A DNA stretch of 64,000 bases from Centruroides vittatus (GCF_030686945.1 NW_027122668.1:188099-252098), one strand, 5' to 3'. Positions 37,083 to 49,750 are shown, counted from the first letter of the stretch. Notes: generated by a model from the letters alone, not told the origin. Numbers and translations: made by a program.

Positions 37083-39784
37083 ATGAAGCATGCAATGCCA
37101 TAAGGTTGTAAATGCCATTTTTCTCAAAATACGTTTTATTGAAGAAATGAATTTTAAATGCAATGTTTTTTCCTACAAAAAAATATTGTGGTGATTGTGG
37201 CGCTCTAAGTGGCTATATTTCGAAGATGACGTTATGTGCAAGCCATAACGTTTTAAGCGTCAAAGTGCAAGCCACGTGACTTTTGGCACATAAAATGTTA
37301 CGGTTTACATTTACATCATTTTGTCATTCTAATTTGTAACGCAGTGAGTTTTTTATGAGTGAAATGAATTCCTTAAAGTATGAAATACCTAAAAGAAGAA
37401 AGAAATGTGCAGAAAAATGGAAGAAGAACATTCGAAAGAAACAAAAAAATAGTGGCTTAGAGTACATTTCTCCTATATCACAGAAAGTTAATCCGAGAAA
37501 GGATCCACCAACAGGGGTAAGTAAAAGACTTAATACTTCAAAAATATAGACGTAGATTTGAGATTTGCAAGATATGGATAGTCATTGTGTCTATGCATGG
37601 GTGAACAACTTGTATATGACTGTTTCCAACAAGTTTGTCAAACTTTTTGTTTACGTTACAGGTGACTTGCAAGTGTTCCTTCGCTTGCAAAAACGTAATG
37701 TTGGCTTACCATCAGGAACTCTTCCAACAATTTTATGAACTGGCTGACTACAATAAGCAACAGAGTTATCTTCAAAGACTTGTTCATCCCCAGATGATAA
37801 AAAGGAGATGATATGGGAAGTACCACCATCCTTCTGGAAGTAGAAGGCAACACTCTTTCAGTTATCATTTGCTTCTTCCCAGTGGAAGTGAAATAAGAGT
37901 TTGCCTTAAGACTTTGTGTAATACATTCGGGGTTACTGCAAGAAGAATTCAGTTGATTGGAGAAAAGATTTTGGAAGGAAAAATGGATGCTACTGATCAA
38001 AGAGGAGGCCAGCGAAAATGTACTGAAAAGCAGTTGTGGACGGAAAAAATAATTGAACACATTAAGAGTTTTCCAAGTGAAGAAAGTCATTATGCTCGAG
38101 CCAAAAGTACAGGTAAAATGTACTTATCACCTGATCTCAATGTTAGCAGAATGTACAGAGCCTTCCTTGAGAAATATTGTCAACAGTATGCTAGGAGCAA
38201 AGCCCCAGTTACTCGACAATGGTACAATGAAATTTTCCTAACCAAATTCAATCTATCTTTTCAAAGACCTCGCATGGACACTTGCTCAACTTGTGACCGC
38301 CTTGATGTACGAATAAAAGCTGGTGATGCATCAGCAAAAACAGAACTGGAATTACATCATTACAGAGCTGAAGTAACCACAAAAGACATGTCTGATGACA
38401 CAAAAAATGCTAAAACCTCAGATTCGTATGTTATATCTTTTGACTTGCAGCAGCAAATGTATATACCACAATTAACACACACTGAAATGTATTATGCTCA
38501 ACAATTGGCATGCTACAACCTTGGAATTCACGATTCAATTAAAGAGAAAGGATGCATGTGTTTGTGGAGTGAGAATTTTGGAGGAAGAGGGTCTTTGGAA
38601 ATATCATCCTGTATATACCATTATATTACTACTGAGGCTGCTAGTGGTGACCGAAAGAAGCTGACTTTGTGAACAGACAATTGTGTTGGTCAAAACAAAA
38701 ATCAATACGTGATAGCCATGTATCTGGTGTTATTGGCCAATAATGTATTTTCAGAAATAACACATAAATACCCTGTAAAGGGTCACACATTTCTCAGCTG
38801 TGATCGAGACTTTGCTCTAATTGAAAAACGGAGGAAAAAATGCAAAGCTTACACACTAAAGGATCTTGTGGACATCATTAAAAGTGCAGGGACCAAAAAC
38901 CCTTTTACCTGCATCGTATTTGAGAAATTTCATGACTTTAAATCGATTCCCCATGCATTTTTGAATACAAAAGACCTGGGAATCTCAACAGCATCCCAAA
39001 TTAGACTCTCATCAAATAACTTTGGTAAAGTTATGATTGCTAAAGGTGGAGGTAAAGCAGCAAGGTGGTGCACTGGGCTTAATGTGCTGAAAAATGGAGT
39101 TAGCATTGATGATTTCAAAAATCTTCCACTTCCTCTTGCTCACTCCCATTTTGGGATTCCTCAAAAGAAGAAACCTGACATTGGTAAAATGATACCATTT
39201 TTAAATCCAATAGCACAAACCTATTTCAAGGAGATGCTAGCAGAACCGGATAACTAAATGCCAGTTTATTAATAGTTAACCTGTCACTTTATTATTTGAT
39301 ATTTCAAAATGATATTTGGACTTCCATTAATCTTTCAAATTTGAAGTTTTTAAATACGTTTTAACTTTTATTACACTAAATTAAAACCTTATTGATAAAG
39401 ATTACAGCCCAGTTCAAGTCACTAATAGATTATTGTCAGTTTTTAATGTTAAAATTGATATTGAATTTGTAAATTGTGTTTAATAATTTAAATGTAAGTT
39501 TTTGGTATTCAAGACTGTTTTTCAGCTGTAGAAACATTAATTTTATGACTGCAATCGTTTTTGGCATTTACAACGTTATGGCTCTAACCCTGTTTTTAAA
39601 CTTTTTTTGTTTCCTTACTATCATTCTTCTTAGGTGTTTGAAATTAAACCCAATGTTTTATTCCAAACTGTAAATTGTTAAAATAGCATTTGATTAAAGT
39701 TTGTTCATTAGAAAAAGTGTTTTTTCTCTCTCCTGAAAAATTTGTTTTTTGGCATTTACAACCTTATGGCATTGCACGCTTCAT
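37083..39784 (+). mobile_element. Complete TIR-bounded DNA transposon (~2.7 kb) of unassigned superfamily; ~34-bp TIR ATGAAGC(A/G)TGCAATGCCATAAGGTTGTAAATGCCA
   Basis: 37083-37117 'atgaagcatgcaatgccataaggttgtaaatgcca' matches the rc of 39751-39784 'tggcatttacaaccttatggcattgcacgcttcat'. A subterminal partial copy lies at 39553-39590. The element encloses a single transposase-like gene. The flanks are AT-rich and the TSD is unresolved (TA or TAT possible). Confidence 0.6.
37355..39257 (+). pseudogene. Transposase-like gene of the 37083-39784 element: exon 1 37355-37516, GT-AG intron 37517-37661, exon 2 from 37662; inactivated by one frameshift (~37810-37870) and one in-frame TGA (38673-38675); ~600 aa when repaired
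   Basis: Canonical intron 'gtaagt...ttacag'. Basic N-terminus (KRRKKCAEKWKKNIRKKQK), a Cys cluster 'CKCSFACKN', then a conserved-looking core with acidic candidate catalytic motifs 'VISFDLQQQMYIP', 'TDNCVGQNKNQYV' and 'LSCDRDFALIEKRRKK' in RNase-H/DDE-like spacing. I cannot assign it to a named superfamily from memory. Confidence 0.5.
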
Positions 39785-42452
39785 TATAGTGTCTTAATAT
39801 TTATTTATTTAACCTATACATGTCACAATTTATATACATATTTTGATATTTATAATTATTTTTATTTTATTGTATTTTTATACATGTATATTTCATTTGT
39901 ATTTAAATTTTTTGTTCCATTTTGTTTGCATTCGAATATGTTTAACCTGATGATGGCCAATGGGTTTGGCTGAAAACGTTTGTTACGTTTTTTATTAAAT
40001 TTTCTCAGCAACTTAAGTTGTTTTAGTCTTTTCTGATCTAACTATCGGTGTTCGGTCTTTTATCAATTCGGCTAATGAAGGACATTTAAGAAAGTATCGT
40101 TTGGAAATGAAAAAATCCATGGCAAGTGTTATATGCTACCTGTCACAGTAATTAAGTGAATGTAATATACATTTTTTTTGTAAGAATTATGTTTAGTTTA
40201 TGATTTTGTTAAATTTTTTGCCAATAGATGGTGCTACATGTAAATTAGCAAGTGGAATGTAGATAGAAATTAATTGATTTACAGAAATTCAATAGATATT
40301 TTGGGCTGGGATGTACGACATTATCTAAGATAGAAGTATGCAAATGTAACTGCCAAGTTTCGTTGCAATTGGTCGAACGGCGTAGGAGTGTATAGCGGAC
40401 AAACAAACAACAAACATCCTAATGCCTTTGGTTATTGTTACCAAGAACAAGAGTTTTCAAGTGGTACAAGATGTTTAAATGTAGTTTGTCATTGAAAGAC
40501 AGAGAACGCGTCGATGAACCACGTTCTGGTAGGTCATCTGTGAGGTGTGAAGCGCGATAGGAATACACAGACACGTGAATTCAATTAAAACGAATTTAAT
40601 TTCGCGATAAACAATATATACAGATGAGTTCTTTTGGATTCCCTCGGTCCAATTTCTCTTACTGTCCGATAGTAACAAAAACCCTGTAAAGTACTATTTT
40701 AGTTTACAACGATTATCGACTCTACCGTGTCGGAAACAACCGTTAACCTACCGGGTACTTTACTCGGATTCGCGTTAGCGTGCCAGGCCTGGACTTTAAG
40801 CGTGCACCGAATTAAATAAAGACAATATTTGTCAATAGAAAAAAACCAAAGATTTAATTAGTCGTTTAGCAATAACTATGTACAAGATTTAGTAAAAATC
40901 AAACAATAATTTATTCTAAGAAATTCAACAAAGTCAACCCGACAATTCTCAATTCAAATCTATATCTAACTTAACTATTCCCCTTGGGAATCCGACAAAA
41001 CCAAAAGCTTAACTTATAACAATAATTCTTATAAACTAGAGATCCTAATCGTCACCTCAATATACTCGGAACCTATTTCCTCAAACTCTCAAGACTTTCT
41101 CAGACTGTCGATCCAAATTCGAATCACTTCAAATCACCTTGGAACTATTCGAGATCCTATCGGACACCTCTCTATTACTGCTGCAAAGCTCACCAAGCTC
41201 GTTGCTATCAGAATTCACCTCTCCGTCTTCACTTGAGACTCGGGATTTATAGTGTGAGGTGACGTCACAATTCTGAATGCGGTCACTCCCCTCATTTACA
41301 TACTTAAATGCTAACAATAACGTTTTTCATCGTCTGGCAGCCCTTTTTCCGACAGTTTACTCACTAACCTTTTACATTATTTGTTTTTACAATTCTTTCC
41401 GGGACGTTTTTATTACTTAAGGTTTAGCGAGTTTTATTTCGTGCTTGTAGGTTCTCCCCCCCCTCTTCTCGGTGCGGACCTATTCTTTGCCGCTCGGGGA
41501 GCGAAACTGTGCGTGAGTCTTATGGCGCTTTTCTTTCGTCGGTGAGTTGGGTTTTATTTCTTCTCTTTTTAAATACTGAAGGTGAATGGTGAGGAAACCT
41601 TCGTCCTAACAAAACATAAGCCCCAAACAAAAATAGAATAATAAGCAAAATAAAAGTAAAATAAAAATAACGCTCGGACTTGGTTCCTTACAACCCAAGT
41701 AGCTTACCTTCTTGGAAACTACTTGCCCGACAATACTAATGAAATCCGCGCGATCCTTAACTAACTTAAACCTAAGGATAGAAAAGTATAGAGATGGGAA
41801 GTGAGAAGAATTGATAGGATAGTGGGGTACCCTTGTTCTCGCTGAACTCCGATGCCGGCTGGTGCTTTATTCTGCGTGTCTCTGGGTTCGTCAATGTTTT
41901 AAATCTCTTCTACTATAATTTCTTTTCGGTGTCTCTGATTCTACAGTCCGGATCCTCACCTCACGGCTTTCTATTCGGCCCTCATGGAATTCCGTCTCAC
42001 GAGCTCGCTGTTTCGTCCGTGCTTCCTCGTGTCCGGCTGGAGAAAAAGTGACCCTTCGTGACCCAGATTTGACTCGTCCACAACTCGAAGTCTTTGTCTC
42101 ACACGGCCCCCTGGTGGGTGGGGAGTGGAAAGCCCCTGTTCCCAGAAGCCAGAACAATGAACAAAGGAAGTTAGAAAGAAGGGTTAAGAAAGAGAGAAAA
42201 TTATTAAAACTAATTAAATCTATAATACATATGTACAAAATATATGGCGTACAGCCACACATCCACTTCAACTGATGAGCAACACGTCGCTCGATTCAGA
42301 GATATGATGCTCGACGATGATCGTCGTTAACAATTAAAAATATTAAACACGTTTCGGTCTCATTTGGATTTTGTCGAGCAATTGTAAAAAATCATTCGGG
42401 CATGCAACTCGTCGCTTCTCGAGTCGTCCCGAAAACATTGAATTTTTTCCAA

Positions 42453-43103
42453 AATTAACTATATAAGAACTTCCGATGCAAACCGGAAGTTACGGTTTTT
42501 AATTCGAAACTCCACCTGCCGAAAGCAGTTAATAGATGACCTATTAACACGACTCTATTGTTAAAGAGAAAGTATGATGTACAGAGGCAAGCCACTACTA
42601 ATTTGAGGTGGAAAGCACATGTTTTAAATTAAATGATTTAAAACTATGATTAAAATTTGCATCCCCGGCATTGTGACGGCTTCACAATAAACAATTGCTC
42701 GTAGCTGTAGTTTGTGTGTGAAAACTTTGGTTTCAACTCGTGAAAATATTTACAATGACAAACTACATTTTGTCGTGTTATGAACCACAATATTGAAATT
42801 AAAATCCTTTTAAGAGGTAATAAAAAGTTAATAATTGTGGGAAATGGAAGAAGCGTTGCATTTTTCCATCAAAAATAAACAGAGAAGTGCAAGAGACTGA
42901 TATGCAGAAACTACGCCATTAAGATGTGCACTATATCCATCATTGTGGATAACACAGTATATTAAGGCGAACTAACATTTTGTTCGTTATGTTGGAGACA
43001 CTGAAGCCGTAAGCCCGAATGGGGATTAGAAAATTACCAATCAAAAATGCATTCTTAAATAGGCGAAATAAAGAGAACTGTTTTAATCTCGGTCTCTGCT
43101 AGT
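42453..43103 (+). repeat. Unclassified non-autonomous repeat 'X' (~650 bp), copy 1; starts AATTAACTATATAAGAACTTCCGATGC
   Basis: The same ~650-bp sequence recurs at 59297-59651 plus 61114-61404, where it is split by an insertion, at ~93% identity. No TIRs. The internal palindrome 'cttccgatgcaaaccggaagtt' is read directly. Confidence 0.55.
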
Positions 43104-44291
43104 TGTGTATAATTAAGAAAGACGTGATAAATATTACTAGTCTGGCAATTGGGAGAAGAAACCTTCACTTATAACTTTTTATACGTTCTCCAGCCTGACG
43201 AAACAGAGTCTGTCTCCTCGAAGGCTTTGTACATTTCTAACCTTTCAAGTTGTTTCGGCCGAGGCACTATTTTCTCTCGATGGCGTCCTTTTGCTTTCTA
43301 AGGAGTGAAAAAATTGTAGGGTTCTTCTAAAACTCTACAATTTCCTCAGTCCTTAGAATTCTGTGCTTACTACATCAGGATCTATCTCTTTATAGATGGA
43401 ACAGAGGGCCTTGTGGTATGTGACTACCACACCGTGTGATAGAACTTCCTGGGCTGAAACATTTGAAAAGGATAGATATCTGCAAACCGTTCGAAATAAG
43501 GACAGCATGAACATACATAGTCCATTTATATGTTACTGTAGGCCTATTATGACACAATTTAGCAAAATCGCTGTAGAAAAAATTGCCGTTATAAACAATG
43601 TTGATATAAAATTAGATGACATCATCGTTTTGTTACAAAATATACTTTAAATTATCATTACGTTACTAAACGCCGTTTAGTAAAATCGTTATAAAAAGTT
43701 TTAATTGGCATAAATTTGAGCTTTTGTAACATTTTGAATAAAATGCATTTTATATGCATAAAATGAAGCCGTAAAACTAAATTAGCTCCATGGGAAACCC
43801 CCGTGAACTTTGACCTATAGACCCGGAAGTGTCGCTGATAACGAGAAAGGCTTAAGTTTAAAATTTGAGCTTTCTTGACCCAGTGGTTTCTCTCTACGAT
43901 TGTCTGCAGTGCCGGATGAAGAAAATACCGCTTTTTTGCAGATTTTTGCACTTTTCGATTGCTTATATTTCGGCAACCGCTTTATACAAAATCTTGAAAT
44001 TTTGCACACTACCTAAGAGAACAATTTTCCTTCGAACGACGAAATTACAATAAGTGTTTGAGGGACGGAGAAATCGGCCACCGAAAATCGGCAACTCTTA
44101 TATAATTATTCCTGTATACGTAGTTTACTTGCCGGGGAGTCACTAGTCACTACCATCACTCCTGATATAAGACACTAGATTATTGGATCAAATTTCATCC
44201 GTTATTATTAAATACAGAACGTCCTCAATATACGTCATGCTTAAGTTCCTAAAACTTGTCGTGAATGAAATGGTGTACTGTACATCGAATA

Positions 44292-44340
44292 TCAATTTCT
44301 CACCGAAATAATATATTATGGTACATTGCTGACCAACTAA
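44292..44340 (+). repeat. Left copy of a 49-bp perfect direct repeat flanking the PLE composite (putative long TSD)
   Basis: 'tcaatttctcaccgaaataatatattatggtacattgctgaccaactaa' is identical to 46501-46549. Confidence 0.6.
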
Positions 44341-45050
44341 TAATACACAAACACCTAATTACTTGCTGAGCTTGCTGATTTCTTTATTCTCTAACGTTTT
44401 CAACCTAATTTTTATAGGTCATCTTCAGGAAAAAATTTATTACATTTCCAAATTCGAATATAAAGCTTTCGAATGCTCGCGACACTTAAAACTTTTCGAA
44501 TCTTTACAAATTTTAACGGTTTAAATAATAACGGATTAAACATTAAACCAACTACAAACACATTAAAATCATTACTAATCAACAAACAAAATAAATAAAT
44601 AAATAAATAAATAAATATTGTATCAAAAGTAGATTAAACTAGTTAATGCTGCCATGTCCTTTCTACGGGTTTTTTAATCCCATTTCTTTTTCTATTATGT
44701 ATTTCCATGCCGTTGGAAGATTATTTGCGTCTTTTGCATTTAAACATTTGTTTTCCACCTTACTCTTATATATTTCTACTTTTTCCATCCCTAACGCAAT
44801 CGTAGGTGAATGGACTGCCTTTACTATTCTCGCTTCATCCCATTTTACGTTCGCTCCTTCCTCTTGTCCCATGATCGCCAAAATGGTGTTATTGTGCCCT
44901 TTTTTTACATCATATTTGTGTTCTTTTATACGTGTTGCCAAATTACGTCTAGTTACTCCAATATATTCTTTTGTTACCGCTAATTGCTCGTTCTCAAATG
45001 GAATCTTATAAACCCCCGCCTTATCCTGCATTCTCATTGCGTCCTTATCA
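44341..45050 (-). mobile_element. Inverted partial copy (GIY-YIG endonuclease region plus 3' UTR) of the adjacent Penelope-like element
   Basis: 44341-45050 is the reverse complement of 45787-46500. The ORF at 44663-45037 (-) is identical to the C-terminal 124 aa of the 45072-46175 ORF. Confidence 0.8.
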
Positions 45051-46500
45051 TGTTGAGGAATCTGTATATGCTTGGGATCTTTTATAAATCATTTTTGTGG
45101 ATTTGATGGGGTGACATACAAGCAAAAGAAAGGTGTCCCGATGGGAAGTCCCATGTCGGGACTCCTATGCGAGTTAGTAGTACGTCAACTAGAAAAAGAT
45201 ATCCTAAGATCATTTGAGGAGTACATTGTAATGTACAAAAGATATGTGGATGACGTATTGATAATTTGGAAAGATGAACGAAAGATTGGAGATTTTTTAA
45301 TTGCTATGAATGACAATCCGCATGGGTTACAGCTAAAAATGGAACAAAAAAGCCGTACGCAGCTCCATTTTCTGGACATAAATATAAAATTTAGAAGGGG
45401 AGATATACAAACTTCAGTATATTTAAAACCAACGCTTGCGCCCCTATATATACCGGCGTGGTCTAATGATCCGTTCAAATATAAGATGGCAGCGTTTAAA
45501 GCGCTTATTAAAAGGGCGTACGTATATTGCACAGATGTACGAGATCAAATTAAGGAGATTGACAGAATTAAAAAAGTGGCAAAACAGTTGGGTTATAAAG
45601 AGAACGTAATAGGAGGGTTAATTAAGAGTTACAAACAGCATAGACACAGAGGATTTAATAGAGAGGATCGGATCAGCAAGTTCACGTACGACAGAAAAAT
45701 GGAAGGAGTGATAGAAGAGTTATGTAGATATAAAGGCACAAAAATGATTTATAAAAGAGCACCAAGCATATACAGATTACTTAGAAATGATAAGGACGCA
45801 ATGAGAATGCAGGATAAGGCGGGGGTTTATAAGATTCCATTTGAGAACGAGCAATTAGCGGTAACAAAAGAATATATTGGAGTAACTAGACGTAATTTGG
45901 CAACACGTATAAAAGAACACAAATATGATGTAAAAAAAGGGCACAATAACACCATTTTGGCGATCATGGGACAAGAGGAAGGAGCGAACGTAAAATGGGA
46001 TGAAGCGAGAATAGTAAAGGCAGTCCATTCACCTACGATTGCGTTAGGGATGGAAAAAGTAGAAATATATAAGAGTAAGGTGGAAAACAAATGTTTAAAT
46101 GCAAAAGACGCAAATAATCTTCCAACGGCATGGAAATACATAATAGAAAAAGAAATGGGATTAAAAAACCCGTAGAAAGGACATGGCAGCATTAACTAGT
46201 TTAATCTACTTTTGATACAATATTTATTTATTTATTTATTTATTTATTTTGTTTGTTGATTAGTAATGATTTTAATGTGTTTGTAGTTGGTTTAATGTTT
46301 AATCCGTTATTATTTAAACCGTTAAAATTTGTAAAGATTCGAAAAGTTTTAAGTGTCGCGAGCATTCGAAAGCTTTATATTCGAATTTGGAAATGTAATA
46401 AATTTTTTCCTGAAGATGACCTATAAAAATTAGGTTGAAAACGTTAGAGAATAAAGAAATCAGCAAGCTCAGCAAGTAATTAGGTGTTTGTGTATTATTA
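45051..46500 (+). mobile_element. Penelope-like element, copy 2 (5'-truncated, 3' end intact) with a 3' UTR containing (AAATA)n-like repeats
   Basis: It contains the intact ORF at 45072-46175. The 3' region at 46200-46500 is mirrored upstream. It is flanked on the right by the 49-bp direct repeat. Confidence 0.85.
45072..46175 (+). CDS. Intact 367-aa PLE ORF: C-terminal part of the reverse transcriptase (motifs B to C, 'YVDDVLIIW') fused to the GIY-YIG endonuclease ('GVYKIPFENEQLAVTKEYIGVTRRNLATRIKEHK')
   Basis: Uninterrupted frame. 'KKGVPMGSPMSGLLCELV' and 'YVDD' are RT motifs. The GIY-YIG motifs match the Penelope endonuclease. It lacks RT motifs 1-3, so it is 5'-truncated and probably non-functional on its own. 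Confidence 0.7.
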   Translation: MGSFINHFCGFDGVTYKQKKGVPMGSPMSGLLCELVVRQLEKDILRSFEEYIVMYKRYVDDVLIIWKDERKIGDFLIAMNDNPHGLQLKMEQKSRTQLHFLDINIKFRRGDIQTSVYLKPTLAPLYIPAWSNDPFKYKMAAFKALIKRAYVYCTDVRDQIKEIDRIKKVAKQLGYKENVIGGLIKSYKQHRHRGFNREDRISKFTYDRKMEGVIEELCRYKGTKMIYKRAPSIYRLLRNDKDAMRMQDKAGVYKIPFENEQLAVTKEYIGVTRRNLATRIKEHKYDVKKGHNNTILAIMGQEEGANVKWDEARIVKAVHSPTIALGMEKVEIYKSKVENKCLNAKDANNLPTAWKYIIEKEMGLKNP

Positions 46501-46549
46501 TCAATTTCTCACCGAAATAATATATTATGGTACATTGCTGACCAACTAA
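46501..46549 (+). repeat. Right copy of the 49-bp perfect direct repeat flanking the PLE composite
   Basis: Identical to 44292-44340. Confidence 0.6.
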
Positions 46550-48129
46550 AAACAGTTTATGTGCAAGTGTCTAGTGTACAATAGGAAACTGTTTATATGG
46601 AAGTGTCGCTACTCGTTATACCAACCATACCTTTCTACATTCAACGGTTGACTCAACGGTGAGAGAACATTTCTAAATGGACCGTTGAGTTCTCCGTTGA
46701 GACTAGTGACGTCAACGCTGTTTCACCGTTGAGCTCAACGACCTCAAAGACTGTTGAGTATTCAACAAACTAATGTGGCCGTCGGCCATATTAATGTATA
46801 TTTTTGTAGTTTATAAATTTATGTTAGATTTAAGATTTCTCTTGTTTCTCTCCCTTTTCTGTTGACAATAAAGATCTCCTTCTTAATCACTTTACGATCT
46901 AATTGTTTTACCACCGGATGGGGAGTGATGCCTCCAGTAACGTTGTGAAAAAAAAAACAAAGTAATAAAAAATTGAGGGAAAGAGGAGGAAAAGAAGAAA
47001 GGAAGAGGAGAAGCGAGCTCGGCTCTCGACGAGAAAAGGTCGAGGAGCACGGGTTGTGAGTTGGAACGAGATAGGTAAAAGATCGAAGCTCGACGAGCGA
47101 GGTCGACACGAGGAAGACCTAGTGTTATAGTAGATAAAGGACTTCCTGACGGACTGACAATCGTACTGGACAGATTTGAGTGGATTATCGTCCAATGAAC
47201 GAGAGGGATCTACCGAAACAGAGGATACGAGGCATCAGTAACCCCGCTCAGCATCACGAAGCCAATAGCAAAATTCCCGGGTATTTCCACCTTCCCCTTT
47301 CTCTATACTTATATTCTCTCTCTCTTCAATTCTCATAGTCTGTAAGTGGATTTAAGATAGTTAAGGACCCTTAGTAATATTGATAGTTTTATATTACATA
47401 ATTTGGACATTGTCATACCACCGCTCACACGTTGGGATCTGTGTAAAAAAAGAACCTTGTAGCTTAGCGAATAAAGATATTGTTTTTTTTTTTTTTGTAA
47501 AATTAACAACGTGTATTTGTCAATCATTGCATACCATTCGCTGTCGGCTATAACACTAACATGGCGGCTTCCACGAAAAAGTAAATTTCGCTTATAGAAA
47601 CTATCCATTCGCTGCTGTGGATACTGTAATAGCAGAGAGATTAATGAACGATCTGTATATGATAAAACATGTGATTGCACGATTATGTTGGATAATTTAA
47701 TCAATATTGAAATATTAAGATTTGTTTTTATTTGTCCAAAATTGATTACGACCAATATTTAGCCCTCTAATTCTTCCTAATGATATAAATATTCAAGAAA
47801 AGTATACAAGAAAATGATACAGATATGGGTTCATTTGAATAAAAGGATATATTCGAATAATGGTTAAGCAAGCTACTTTAATTATTTAGCAAAACAGTGA
47901 CGATCGCCGACACAGGGCCGGATCATCGAATAGACAAATGAGGCAAATGTCTAGGGCCCGGATTTTTGAAGGGCCCGGTCAAACTGTCTACTGTATTTTG
48001 AAAAGATGTAAGGTTTGCCGACTTTAAAGGGGATACAATTAATCCCGCGTCACTGACATCAGTGTAAGATTTGGACTGGTGTAGACTGGGCTTAAATATC
48101 CCGCGTCAGGATGAGCTTAAGGGAACCCG

Positions 48130-48590
48130 TGTATGTGGGCGGTTGCGAAGGAGGCAAATGATGACAAGTGTTTACATGTGGAAAACCGTTTATTTGGACG
48201 AATACATGCTTACATCGGTTTGATGGTATCCAAATCTCAGCTATCTTCAGTAACGTGCACGAGTCCGGTTGGTCGCTTTATCCAGTCCCGGGCGACGAGA
48301 AGGCCATTCGGCGATGTTGACGGGCGGTGGCACACTTAAAGTTCCGAGGGACGACACTGCACACACTGGTTTAATCCTCAAGAGGCACGTCTGTCATTCC
48401 GAAAAACTCTTCTTTTGACCTTGAAGTCCCAGTTTTTATACGTTTTTCTCGTGTCCTGTCCACCTTGCGGATTGGTCCCTCGTCCCTTTCCTCGCTTCCC
48501 GATTGGTCTCTCCTTTGTTTTCAAGCGCAAAACGAGACCATGTCGGGTCGCGGGAAAGGTCCGATTCGAGGTGTCTATTTGACACCCTTT
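48130..48590 (+). repeat. Copy 2 of the GC-rich dispersed repeat family seen at 29440-30000
   Basis: See 29440-30000. Roughly 70-75% identity by eye, in the same orientation. Confidence 0.4.
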
Positions 48591-49194
48591 GTCGACTATG
48601 CTCCAAGATTGTTGATAGAACCACAACACCTGCACTCATAATTTAATCCGTTGTTTGCAATTGATGTCATTTTGGAATTCTAACGATCACGCGATATTTT
48701 TCTATCTCTCCAATTTTTCCCTTTTTCTGAAATTGTTTTCCTAAGTTCAATTTTTTTCTTTGAATACTTGTGTCAAACTTATACCTCTTTATGAGTGCGT
48801 GTGTCAGAGTTCTACCTTTGGATTAAACATTAACAGGTCGTTTAACACGCGTTGACGTCATCCCGAGACTCGTTGTTTACATTTTTCGTTACGTTGTTTT
48901 GATTAAGAGTTTTTTTTCTCTCTCTCTCTCTTACATAATTTATCGTTATTTTTTTCACAACAGAATTCTGCATTTTTTGCGATTTCGGACCTCGTCTGGG
49001 TCCTTACAAAGATTTGTAAATAAGATAGTTTACTTTTCTGTTGGACAACTGTATATAATAAACAAATAAAAACATATTGCTTTCTATATCGTTATTATGA
49101 ATTCTAAAATCTAAAGAAAATATGTTCTTACGTTTCTTCTTATTGAAAGTAATTCTTCCGATAATTTAGAATTTTTTTATAGCGATAAGAATAA

Positions 49195-49430
49195 TATTGT
49201 TAAACTAGCCGCCCGGGACGCCCCTAGTGGGCATTTATATATAATAATATACTCAATTATACCAGAGTCGGTAGATTATACTGAATAAAAGCTGAAAATC
49301 ATCGCTCGGTGCCCGTGTGGATGTTTTTGGCAATGTCTGTAAATCTAGTAGCAGCAGTGTCATTCTGTGATAATAATATTTATATTGTTAATTTAAATAG
49401 TAGCTAGGGCGCCCCTAGTGTTTAACAGTG
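49195..49430. repeat. Fragment related to the subterminal 5' region of the hAT element (compare 23330-23480)
   Basis: Shared blocks: 'aataatatactgaattatacc' and 'atattgttaatttaaatagtagctagggcgcccctagtg' against 'tatattgttgatttagataatagctaggggggcccctagtggc'. Confidence 0.4.
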
Positions 49431-49750
49431 TGAAGTTCGTTGCAAGTGTGAATTTTGAATTCTTTACTTTTCTACTGTAAGGCAAGTTGAACACTTCATC
49501 AATAGATTTAACAGTAGTCCGAACCCTCCCTCCAATTTACTGGGCACACGCCGACCTTCCTCCTCTTCAGCACGTGGAAGCTTTAGAACGTTTTATATAT
49601 CGTTCGAACCGCTTCGTATAATCGTTAAGCGGTGTACATCGGAGAAAAGGCCAACAGGCTAAAATCTCCATATAAACTGGAACAAAGAAGAAGAAGAAGA
49701 AGAAGGCAAGTTGAGGTTCAGAGGTAGGTCATTTACCATTATTATAATAG

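Noticed and set aside
40480-42300. Possible LTR or retroelement remnant (also at 4650-5270)
   Set aside because: These are GC-richer, ORF-poor stretches with no recognisable gag/pol motifs, LTR pairs or TSDs that I could verify. Too degraded to call.
44646-45011. 121-aa ORFs antisense to the PLE coding sequence (also at 45827-46192)
   Set aside because: They are mirror ORFs on the opposite strand of a clear RT/GIY-YIG coding sequence. They are low complexity and have no motifs.
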